The notes under the pieces were generated by a model that had not been told where the DNA came from, searched no databases, and was given only the letters and a program-made list of their open reading frames with translations. A DNA stretch of 45,024 bases from Candidatus Methanomethylicia archaeon (lineage in GTDB: Archaea; Thermoproteota; Methanomethylicia; Nezhaarchaeales; B40-G2): positions 1-45,024 of the forward strand of contig JAPDJI010000007.1 of assembly GCA_029259155.1 (NCBI GenBank). The letters run 5' to 3'. This document shows, one piece after another, positions 1 through 8,394 of this stretch. The stretch's first letter is position 1; each line of letters begins with the position of its first letter. The position numbers and the translations under genes are program-made.

Positions 1-1113
1 AGGAGGATGGATAGGATAATAGAGGTCAACGAGAAGGCTAGGTACGTGGTCATAGAGGCGGGGGTTACTGAAGGCAAGCTTAAAGCCTACCTTGAAAGAC
101 ACTATCCTCACCTTAAACACTCCATCCCCGATGCACCTCCCTCAGCCACCGTGGTTGGCAACGCCCTCATACATGGGCAAGGTAGGCTGTCGCAGCAGTA
201 CGGCTTCACCTCAGACATGATCAACGGCTTGGAGGTCGTCCTGCCAACAGGTGAGGTCTGTAGGCTGGGTTCATGCGCTGCCTCACCTTACTGGTTCTCA
301 AGAGCTCCTCTACCTGACCTCATAGGGCTCTTCGTAGGGTGGCTGGGCACCACAGGCATAGTAACAAAGCTTTCCTTGAAGCTCTATCCGCGTAAGAAGC
401 TGAGGGACGTGGAGATCTTCGTCACCGAGGACCCTGAACTAGTCCCTGAAGTGGTTTTCAGGGTAACCCACACCGAGATGGTAGAGGATGTAGATATCTG
501 GGCTCAGCCCTACCCCCTAATCTTCAAAGACCTCCAACACACCTCCATTTACCTAACGGGCGATAATGAGGAGGAACTGGAGTTCAAGAGGAAGACGGTG
601 TGGAACGCGCTGCGCCACATCATCGATAGTAGGGAGGGGGGCTTCATGTTCGCCAACCCTGACATGAAGGAAGGGTTCCTCAAATCCCCTCAGCCAAGCG
701 TAGCTAGGATAGCGGACGTGAAGAGGGGTGGAGGGTTCGGGTATGTGGGAGCCATCATACCTGTCGAGAAGTTTCCCGAAGCCTATAGGCGTGGTGTAGA
801 GCTTTCGTTGAAGCATGATATAGGCACCTACTCCTTCATGGCTAGGGTGGTTGGCCGCGGCCACGCCTTAATGTTCGCCTGGTCTTACCCCTTCAACCGG
901 GCCGACGCGAAAAGCGTAGAGCGGGCACGTAGAGCTCTTGACGAAACCGATGAGCTAGCGCTGGAGCTAGGAGGAATACCTTGGAAGGCGGGGGTTTACG
1001 GACAGAGGCTTATCATGGAGAGGATGGACCCTAACACCTTAAACCTGCTGAAACGGGTTAAGGCGTTGTTGGACCCCAACGGGGTCATGAACCCTGGCAA
1101 CTGGGAGGCTTAA
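1..1113 (+). CDS. FAD-binding oxidoreductase, GlcD/D-lactate dehydrogenase (VAO/PCMH) family; 5'-truncated by window edge
   Basis: Frame is open from base 1 (RRMDRIIEVN...VIEAGV); ATVVGN, GLEVVLPTGEV, GTTGIVTK and terminal LDPNGVMNPG are typical of the family. Confidence 0.9.
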   Translation, partial: RRMDRIIEVNEKARYVVIEAGVTEGKLKAYLERHYPHLKHSIPDAPPSATVVGNALIHGQGRLSQQYGFTSDMINGLEVVLPTGEVCRLGSCAASPYWFSRAPLPDLIGLFVGWLGTTGIVTKLSLKLYPRKKLRDVEIFVTEDPELVPEVVFRVTHTEMVEDVDIWAQPYPLIFKDLQHTSIYLTGDNEEELEFKRKTVWNALRHIIDSREGGFMFANPDMKEGFLKSPQPSVARIADVKRGGGFGYVGAIIPVEKFPEAYRRGVELSLKHDIGTYSFMARVVGRGHALMFAWSYPFNRADAKSVERARRALDETDELALELGGIPWKAGVYGQRLIMERMDPNTLNLLKRVKALLDPNGVMNPGNWEA

Positions 1114-1116
1114 GCC

Positions 1117-2274
1117 ATGGAGGCTTCCTATGAGCTACATAGATGCTTCAGGTGCGGCTACTGCAAGTTTCCTGGAAGCTACGTAGACCTTAACTGCCCA
1201 GCTTATCAACGGTTCCGCTTCGAGTCCTACTCTACGGGCGGGAGGCTATGGTTGATAAGAGCTTGGCTCAACGGAGAGATTGCCTGGAGCCCACACTTAG
1301 CTGAAGTAGTCTATGCATGTACTACCTGCAGGAACTGTATGGAGCAATGTCCTTTCAAGTTCAAGGACCTACTCCTAGACATGGTCTTGGCTGGGCGTAG
1401 GGCAATGGTGGAGAAGGGGCTGGTCCCCCCCAAAGTAAAGGAGTTCCTTGAAAACCTCCTGAAACAGGGAAACCCATGGGGGATGTCTAGGGAGAAGAGG
1501 GCTAGCTGGGCCGTTGACCTGCCTAGGTACCGCGATGGCCACGAGTACCTACTCTATGTTGGCTGCTTAGCCTCATACGATGAGCGGGCCCAGAAGACGG
1601 CTAGAAGCCTAGCTAGGCTACTGAGCGAAGCCCAGGTTCCCTACGGCATACTAGGCAACGAGGAGGAGTGCGACGGCAACGAAGCCTACATGCTCGGGGA
1701 GGAGGGGCTCTTCGAATTGCTCGCTGAGAGGAACCTTGAGAAGTTTAAGGAGCTAGGTGTGAAAAAAGTGGTTGCTCTTTCGCCTCACGCCTACCACGTC
1801 ATGGTAAACCTGTACCCTAAGCTTGAGAAAGGGACGCTGGAGGTCTTACATTACACTCAGCTCCTCCAAAGGCTCCTGGAGGAGGGGAGGCTGAAGCCTT
1901 CAAGGTTGGAGGTTAAGGTAACCTACCACGACCCTTGCTACCTCGGTAGGCATAACCGGATATTCGACCCGCCCCGGCAAGTCCTAGAGAGCATCCCTGG
2001 CCTTAAACTATTAGAGATGGAGCGGAGCAGGGAAAACGCGCTTTGTTGCGGTGGAGGAGCAGGCAACTTTTACATAGACCTCCTAGCTGGACGAAATAGC
2101 CCTGCTAGAGTGAGGGTTAGGGAGGCCTACGATACAGGAGCTAGAGTCTTAGCGGTCGCTTGTCCAGCATGTCTGATCATGTTGGAGGACGCGGTTAAGG
2201 AGGAAGGCCTGGACGGCGAGCTTATGGTCAAGGACGTCGCCGAGGTGCTGATGGAGGCCTGCCTAAGAGGTTAA
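1117..2274 (+). CDS. Fe-S oxidoreductase, GlcF/HdrD-like (2x[4Fe-4S] plus CCG domains)
   Basis: CFRCGYC..CP and CTTCRNCMEQCP; YHDPC..CCGGG..ACPAC; starts 3 nt after the FAD oxidoreductase. Confidence 0.9.
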   Translation: MEASYELHRCFRCGYCKFPGSYVDLNCPAYQRFRFESYSTGGRLWLIRAWLNGEIAWSPHLAEVVYACTTCRNCMEQCPFKFKDLLLDMVLAGRRAMVEKGLVPPKVKEFLENLLKQGNPWGMSREKRASWAVDLPRYRDGHEYLLYVGCLASYDERAQKTARSLARLLSEAQVPYGILGNEEECDGNEAYMLGEEGLFELLAERNLEKFKELGVKKVVALSPHAYHVMVNLYPKLEKGTLEVLHYTQLLQRLLEEGRLKPSRLEVKVTYHDPCYLGRHNRIFDPPRQVLESIPGLKLLEMERSRENALCCGGGAGNFYIDLLAGRNSPARVRVREAYDTGARVLAVACPACLIMLEDAVKEEGLDGELMVKDVAEVLMEACLRG

Positions 2275-2327
2275 GTAGCGGGAGATTTTTCTAGGGAGCT
2301 GCTCCATGCTTCTTCGAGGTAAGCCCT

Positions 2328-3101
2328 GTGGCTCTACTTCCCTTAGCCCTTCTCGTCCTCGCAGCGCTCAGTCCATTTACGCTCAGCTTAACGGTGGAGG
2401 TTGACGTAGGCACCGTGGAGCTTAACGTGGGTGAGGAGCTAGCGGTTGTCTATGAGGGAGAGGCCCCTATCTACGCCGTGGTGGCTAACTTCACCGAGGG
2501 CTTAATGGTGTCTGAGGCCGAGGTGATGGATGGAGGACATAGAGGCCTAATCCAAGTAGAGGTGTATAACAGCTCAGTAAGGCTGGGTGAATGTTTAATC
2601 GCCTTAACCTCCACCAAGCCTTTCACCGTAAAGGTTTCGACAGAGGAGGCTCTGGCGACATACAACTGTGACGGCAACGTAACGGTGATGCTACATGTCA
2701 AGATAAGGGCGTTAGAGGTGGAGGAGGGCGAAGCACCGAGGGGGATATACGTCTCTTGGGAAAACCTCTGGCCTATGCTCATCTATGGAGCATTAACCCC
2801 TCCCTTCCTAGCAGCAGCGCTATTGGACGTTAAGGACTTCAAGGCCAGGAGGGGTAGGAGAGCTAGGGTGGAGAGCTTAGCCATCGTCTTAAGGTACATG
2901 ACCTACGCCTCTATCACCTGTTTAATAGCGGTTTTAGCGGTGACAGGGGGGTTAGCTCTCTATAGCCTGATAGCCCCCATGCCTCTTAGAGTTGAGGCTG
3001 GAAGCCTACTCCTCAGCTCCACCTTGACTGGAGCCTTAGCTCTCCTCTATGGGCTAGCCAGGTGGAAGGGGTGGTACGAGGCTGTCGATGAATATGATTG
3101 A
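2328..3101 (+). CDS. Hypothetical membrane protein: signal peptide, beta-rich extracytoplasmic domain, about 3 C-terminal TM helices
   Basis: Hydrophobic N-terminus, GAGGT SD before GTG, three hydrophobic segments with a basic loop KARRGRRAR; overlaps next gene by 14 nt. Confidence 0.8.
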   Translation: MALLPLALLVLAALSPFTLSLTVEVDVGTVELNVGEELAVVYEGEAPIYAVVANFTEGLMVSEAEVMDGGHRGLIQVEVYNSSVRLGECLIALTSTKPFTVKVSTEEALATYNCDGNVTVMLHVKIRALEVEEGEAPRGIYVSWENLWPMLIYGALTPPFLAAALLDVKDFKARRGRRARVESLAIVLRYMTYASITCLIAVLAVTGGLALYSLIAPMPLRVEAGSLLLSSTLTGALALLYGLARWKGWYEAVDEYD

Positions 3102-5772
3102 GAACCCTAAGCCTTGGTGGCTTAGGAGGCCGACGCTCAGGAAGATCCTAGGCCTACCGCTACTCCTAGCCAACAAGGAGTATAGGAGGTGGCGTAACGC
3201 TCAGCTAAGCCCAGGGAAGATTAGGAAGAGGCTGAAGGAGCTAGACAAGAAGCTTCCTAGGAAGCGCGAAGACCTTGTTGGGCGCGATAGGGAGTATCAG
3301 CTTATCATGAGCTCCGTGGGCTACCACGTGATTAGAGATAAAGCAGCCGTAGAGCTCTTCCAAGGAGCTCCTCCGCCGAAGTTCATCATCCTGAAAGGGG
3401 CTACGGGCACGGGCAAAACCATGCTTGCAGAGGTTTGCCTACGCGACGCCGTACTCTACGGGCTTGAGAAAGGGGTTAACGTGCAGCCTATGATGGTGAG
3501 CTGCTCAGAGATCTTCCACCCTCTCTATGGGCAGAGCGTCAGGAACATAGCAGCCGTGTTCAAGAAAGCAAGGTTTACGCCTACCGTACTATTCTTCGAC
3601 GAGTTCCACGCAGTAGGCATGAGGGTGGAGAAAGCCTACTACGCCGTGGATAGGGAGGACGTGAGGGTCCAGGACGCCTTCATCGACCACTTAAACCGCG
3701 TCCTGACAGGCCAAGACCGCGTAATAGTGTTGGCAGCTACGAGCAAACTGGAGGGTATGAGGGAGGATATTAGGCGTAGAGCCTACGTGATCGACCTAGA
3801 CCAGAACATCACCCGCGACCTACTCCTAGCCGTGCTTAGAGCTGAGCTGGAGAAGTATGGCTGGACCTACCTTGACGAGGAGGAGGTCATGAAGATCCTA
3901 GAGCGATCCGTCAGTGCCTTTAGGCAGACCCAGCTCACCCCCTTCGATATCATAGATGCCTGCAACAGGGTCCGAGCAAGGAAGGTGGAGCCTCTACGCC
4001 AAGCCTTGTTTAAACGAGTTAGTGGAGGAGGCAGGGTGGATGTCAGCTACAAGGTTAGCCTAGACGACTTCAAGTTAGTGGCCAGGGAGCTTCGAGGCTA
4101 CGTGGAGCAGGAGAAGAGCAGCGAGGTCATGAGCAGCGTGCTTAGGATAAAGCCTGCGGTGAGCTACTCCGATATAGGTGGCCTCTTCGGCATCAAGGAG
4201 AAGCTCTTCAAGATCATCTCGCTTAGCTTAAACCCTGATCTAGCCAGTAAGCTGAACTGGGTTCCTCCTAAAGGCTTCCTGCTATGGGGCGAGCCTGGCT
4301 GCGGTAAGACCTACCTGTCCAAGGCGATAGCTAAGGAAAACGACGCTGCCTTCTTCTACGTCCCCGCCGCTCAGCTCCTCATAAACGCGAAGTGGGTAGG
4401 AGACCCTGAGAAGAACGTGAAGGACCTCTTCGAGCTTGCTCGCAGGTCGGCGCCAAGCATCATCTTCTTCGACGAGTTCGACGTCATAGCTAGCAGGCGT
4501 CGCGGAGACCCTGTAAGCGACCGTATGACGGCTCAGATCTTAACTGAGCTCGATGGCCTACAGCCCCTAGAGAACGTGATTGTGATAGCCGCTACCAATA
4601 GGCTGGACACCATAGACGAAGCGGTGGTTAACCGGTTTGAGCCCTACGTAATTGAGGTTCCACTGCCTAGAAACGATGCTGAGCGCTTAGATGTGATAAG
4701 GGTTCACTTAAGGCAGTACGTAGCCCACCTAGACGAGGAAGTCGATGAGGGGAGGGTGCTCAGCGTACTGAAGAAGTTCAGGCTGGTGTCGCCTAGGGTG
4801 GTAGCCGAGGTAATAAGAGAAGCCAATAGGCTTAGGTCGCAGGAGGTGATGGCTGCCTCTGAGCTTAGGAGAGCCATGGAGGCCAACGACCCGGTCCTCG
4901 AGGAAAGAATTAGAAACCTCTACCGCGAAGACCTTGAAAGGCTTGAGAGGCAGGTAGGCAGGTTGACCTTAGAGAGGCTCAGGGAGGTTACGCCAAGCCT
5001 ACACCGGATAAAGATCTTCCACTTTGAGGCAGCCGCTGAGCAGTTAAAGCTCGACGTGGACAAGGAGATCATGGACGCTCAGGAAAGCATGCTGTGCGAG
5101 GAGCCAACCATAGGCACCGTGATGGGCTTAGCCACCGACGCCCAAGGGAGGAGAGGGGTCATATTAATAGTGGAGTGCTCCGTCAACCCGAGGGGGACGG
5201 GGAAGGTAACGGTGACCGGCGCGGCTAGGACCGTTCTTTTAGGGCATACCACGCCGGTGGAGGATGTTAGCGTCCAAGAGAGCGCCATCAACGTCACTGA
5301 GTACGTAAGGAGCTATGTCCACGAGAGGCTAGGCATAGATATCTCCAGCTTCGACTTCAAGTTCCAGGTTATAAGCCCTCTCGAAGGCGTAGCTGGGTTA
5401 GGTGTTAGCGGGCCTAGCTTAGGCCTAGCCTTTAGCATAGCCGCCATCTCAGAGCTAAGCAGCCTGCCTGTAGAGCCGGGGGTTGCCATAACGGGGAAAG
5501 GTGACATCAAAGGCAACGTAGGCCCTGTAGGAGGCTTAGGGTGGAGAGGAGCTGGCAAAATAGTGGCTGCCATCCAGACGAGGAAGGTCAAGGTGAAGAA
5601 GTTCATCCTTCCGAGGTGGAACTATGAACGTGGCCAAGACGAGGTAAAGGTACTTGAGGAGGTAGGCATCCACGTGATACCCGTCGAAAGGCAGGTCGAT
5701 GCTTGGCTCCACGCCCTAAACATCGGCGAGGAGGAGCTTCTAGAGAGGCTTAGAGCTAAGCTTTCCCATTAG
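3088..5772 (+). CDS. Tandem-AAA ATPase fused to a C-terminal Lon-type (S16) protease domain
   Basis: D1 GATGTGKT/LFFDEF; D2 PPKGFLLWGEPGCGKT/KWVG/IIFFDEFD/AATNR; from about 5101 GTVMGLA..GTGKVTVTG..QESA..SGPSLG..AITG..PVGG..KIVAA..ILPRWN. Confidence 0.9.
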   Translation: MNMIENPKPWWLRRPTLRKILGLPLLLANKEYRRWRNAQLSPGKIRKRLKELDKKLPRKREDLVGRDREYQLIMSSVGYHVIRDKAAVELFQGAPPPKFIILKGATGTGKTMLAEVCLRDAVLYGLEKGVNVQPMMVSCSEIFHPLYGQSVRNIAAVFKKARFTPTVLFFDEFHAVGMRVEKAYYAVDREDVRVQDAFIDHLNRVLTGQDRVIVLAATSKLEGMREDIRRRAYVIDLDQNITRDLLLAVLRAELEKYGWTYLDEEEVMKILERSVSAFRQTQLTPFDIIDACNRVRARKVEPLRQALFKRVSGGGRVDVSYKVSLDDFKLVARELRGYVEQEKSSEVMSSVLRIKPAVSYSDIGGLFGIKEKLFKIISLSLNPDLASKLNWVPPKGFLLWGEPGCGKTYLSKAIAKENDAAFFYVPAAQLLINAKWVGDPEKNVKDLFELARRSAPSIIFFDEFDVIASRRRGDPVSDRMTAQILTELDGLQPLENVIVIAATNRLDTIDEAVVNRFEPYVIEVPLPRNDAERLDVIRVHLRQYVAHLDEEVDEGRVLSVLKKFRLVSPRVVAEVIREANRLRSQEVMAASELRRAMEANDPVLEERIRNLYREDLERLERQVGRLTLERLREVTPSLHRIKIFHFEAAAEQLKLDVDKEIMDAQESMLCEEPTIGTVMGLATDAQGRRGVILIVECSVNPRGTGKVTVTGAARTVLLGHTTPVEDVSVQESAINVTEYVRSYVHERLGIDISSFDFKFQVISPLEGVAGLGVSGPSLGLAFSIAAISELSSLPVEPGVAITGKGDIKGNVGPVGGLGWRGAGKIVAAIQTRKVKVKKFILPRWNYERGQDEVKVLEEVGIHVIPVERQVDAWLHALNIGEEELLERLRAKLSH

Positions 5773-5809
5773 CCTTAAGCCCCTCCACGATTTTCGTAGG
5801 CCATGTCTC

Positions 5810-7750
5810 TCAACGACGCCTAAGAGAGCAGATAAAGCCGGGGTAGGGCTGGTAAGCTATGCCTAATTGTAGGAGACGCCCTAGAGCAGCTTCAAAAGCA
5901 TCCCTCCCTATGCCCTCAGCCAGCGCTTTTTCGAGAAGCTTCTCTACCCTTGTAGGCTCGTTAGGCAGGTGGTGTTCAAGCCACTTCATGGCCTTACCCA
6001 TCCCCTTAGCGTACTGAAGGTAAGGTGAAAACCACTCAGCCTTCATGGAAGGCTTTGGAGGTTCAGGGGGAGGCTGAGGAGAAGATAGGTAGCCGGATAG
6101 CGTAGTGGTCACGGTGGGCTTAGCAGGTTTCTCGGGCTTCTCAGGCCTCTTAGCTTTAGGCAAAGCTCGGTCTAGGCGGCGGAGGAGAGCTTTCATCCTC
6201 CTAACCCGGTGGACGCTCGCCCAGTAGAAGGCTTCATCCATGCTACGCTCAGTGATGAGCACCGTAGCTTTACCAGCCACGCGCCTACCTGTCCTTCCCC
6301 GCCGCTGGATGAACCTTATCTCGCTGGGTACAGGTTCATAGAAGATTACGTGATCCACCTCAGGTATGTCTAAGCCCTCCTCTGCTATGCTGGTAGCTAC
6401 CAGCACGTTGTAGACCCCTGACCTTAAAGCCTCTAAAACCTCCTGCTGAGCACGTTGGCTCATTCCTTCATCCCTACTTCTAGAAGCTTGGCCCACAAAC
6501 CTAGCCGCTCTAACCCCTTCGAGCTGTTTTAGGGAGTCCAAGATCACCTTCGCCGTGTCACGGTACTGGGTAAAGATAAGCATCCTAGATTCAGGTTTAC
6601 TGTCCAGCTGCTCCTTCACCACCTCTAGTAGGGCGTGGATTTTCGGATGCTTCATCCCCTCAGCCTGTTTCAGGTAGAACTTAGCCTCAGCAAAGAGGGG
6701 GTCGGCCAGGATTGATCTATGAGCCTTGCTGCCTGCCTCAGCGTCTTTAACCAAGGTGTCCTCTATGAAGGCCTTCAACGTATCTATGCCCTGGGTCTCT
6801 AGGAGCTCGAGCATGTGAGCTATGGAGATCGCAGCTGTGGTCTGAGCCTTTAAGTGGTATAGGTAGCCTCCTTCACCTTGGTTAAGCCTCTTCTGGAGCT
6901 CCTCATTGAGCTTGATCAAATCCCCCTTCGTCACTTTGCTAGGCTTCTTCTCAGGGAAGGCTCCCATGCTTTGTAGGCTTTTCACGCGTTCCTCCAACAT
7001 GGCTTTGAGGCAAGCTCTAACCTTCTCATACTCGGAGGGAAGCTTCACCTTCCTCCAAGCCATCTTAATGGGGTGGATGTATGGTGCAACGTCCTCGTCG
7101 TCGTCCGTCCTGACCTCGATAGCCTCGATGAAAAGGTTACGACACACCTGTTTAATCTCGTTTTCATCGCCTCCTGGGGAGGCGGTTAAGGCGAGGATTA
7201 AGGGGTCGCTGGCCTCGCTTACGTAGCGCTTAGCTATCTCCACGTACGCGTAGTTTCCGCGTGCTCTATGGGCCTCATCGACTATGAGTAGCCCCACGTC
7301 GGATAGGCTTATCTTACCGTCGGCAAGGTCGTTGCGGATCACCTGAGGAGTAGCGAAGATGAGCTTAGCTCTCTTAAAGAGCTCTACTCGCTTAGGTTGA
7401 GGGTAAAGCCCGGTCAACACCGTCATCTCATCCTCGCTGAGGTCTAGGTGGTCCTTGAACCGCTCATGGTGTTGAAGGACAAGCGGCCGAGTAGGAGCCA
7501 GAAAAACTACTTTACCTCCATCCCCGTAGAGGCGGTGAGCTGCCAGTAAAGCTGCTATGACGGTTTTACCCAGCGCCGTGGGAAGGACCACGAGGGTATT
7601 TGCTTTCTTAGCTCTCTCCAAGATCTTACGTTGATAAAGCCTATCCTCAACCCTCCCCGTCTTGATGAGAGGATGTTCAACAAACTTCCGTTCAGGCTTA
7701 AGGGGAGGGTTAATGCTCGACACCGCCTTCCTCGTGAGGATGTCGGCCAA
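5810..7750 (-). CDS. hef: Hef/FANCM-family SF2 helicase without ERCC4 nuclease domain
   Basis: RLYQ, LPTALGKT, DEAHRA.GNYAY, LTASPG, HPK, ATSIAEEGLDIP, QRRGRTGR. Confidence 0.88.
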   Translation of the reverse strand: MADILTRKAVSSINPPLKPERKFVEHPLIKTGRVEDRLYQRKILERAKKANTLVVLPTALGKTVIAALLAAHRLYGDGGKVVFLAPTRPLVLQHHERFKDHLDLSEDEMTVLTGLYPQPKRVELFKRAKLIFATPQVIRNDLADGKISLSDVGLLIVDEAHRARGNYAYVEIAKRYVSEASDPLILALTASPGGDENEIKQVCRNLFIEAIEVRTDDDEDVAPYIHPIKMAWRKVKLPSEYEKVRACLKAMLEERVKSLQSMGAFPEKKPSKVTKGDLIKLNEELQKRLNQGEGGYLYHLKAQTTAAISIAHMLELLETQGIDTLKAFIEDTLVKDAEAGSKAHRSILADPLFAEAKFYLKQAEGMKHPKIHALLEVVKEQLDSKPESRMLIFTQYRDTAKVILDSLKQLEGVRAARFVGQASRSRDEGMSQRAQQEVLEALRSGVYNVLVATSIAEEGLDIPEVDHVIFYEPVPSEIRFIQRRGRTGRRVAGKATVLITERSMDEAFYWASVHRVRRMKALLRRLDRALPKAKRPEKPEKPAKPTVTTTLSGYLSSPQPPPEPPKPSMKAEWFSPYLQYAKGMGKAMKWLEHHLPNEPTRVEKLLEKALAEGIGRDAFEAALGRLLQLGIAYQPYPGFICSLRRR

Positions 7751-7977
7751 GGATTTATAAAATGTTTACGATGCCTACGGCGCAGGGCGGGATCATCACT
7801 TGCATCATGAACTAGGACCGCCTCGCTGTTGTAACTAGGCGTGTAAGCAAGTTGTAGATCACTTTGTTTTCGCCCTATCCCAATATATTCTGCTTGAAAA
7901 GCCTTGAAATCTTCCTTGAAGGGATATCAAATTCTGCTAAGAAAATCATATATCGAGGTGTCGACCAATGCTATAAC

Positions 7978-8271
7978 ATGGAAAAACTAGAGAGGCTAGC
8001 CTCGTTCTTCGACGCCCTACGAAGCCCTACTAGGCTTAAGATTCTTCAGGTGGTAGCTGAGACCGATAGACCTTTACATATAGAAGCCGTAGCCAAGATG
8101 CTAGGGATCAACTATGCTGCTATATACAGGCATATACAGGCATTAAGGCAGCAAGGGCTGTTGAAGGTATACGAGGTAGGCCGGTCAAGGGTCTTAGCCT
8201 TAACGAGGCCTCAACTTCTACGTCAACTCCTCGAGCTAGCTGACAAGTTTTTGAGTGAAGCACAAGGTTAA
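7978..8271 (+). CDS. ArsR-family winged-helix transcriptional regulator
   Basis: FFDALRSPTRLKIL..AIYRHIQALRQQGLL; ATG 7978 preferred over TTG 7864 because the extension runs through AT-rich promoter-like DNA. Confidence 0.85.
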   Translation: MEKLERLASFFDALRSPTRLKILQVVAETDRPLHIEAVAKMLGINYAAIYRHIQALRQQGLLKVYEVGRSRVLALTRPQLLRQLLELADKFLSEAQG

Positions 8272-8348
8272 TTTAAGTCGCTTTGGAGAGGAATTTATCT
8301 TAACTTGAAAGCATATTAATTATTACAAATAAGTCATATTAAATTGCA

Positions 8349-8361
8349 TAAAAGCTTAAAT
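8349..8361 (+). promoter_or_regulatory. Probable BRE/TATA box of the ECF S-component gene
   Basis: TAAAAGCTTAAAT about 34 nt upstream of ATG 8395; similar motifs at other promoters in the window. Confidence 0.55.
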
Positions 8362-8394
8362 CTTCCTCAAGTAGAGGGTTGGGAGGGTTAGATA

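Noticed and set aside
3088-5772. Annotating this ORF as ordinary Cdc48/VAT, LonB or FtsH
   Set aside because: No Cdc48 N-domain, no TM insertion in the AAA domain, no HExxH motif, and it has both two AAA modules and a Lon domain.
7760-7810. GTGATGA (C-box-like) on the minus strand upstream of hef
   Set aside because: No properly spaced CTGA D/D' boxes, so a C/D sRNA is unsupported.
7864-7977. N-terminal extension of the ArsR ORF
   Set aside because: Runs through promoter-like AT-rich DNA; family similarity begins at Met 7978.
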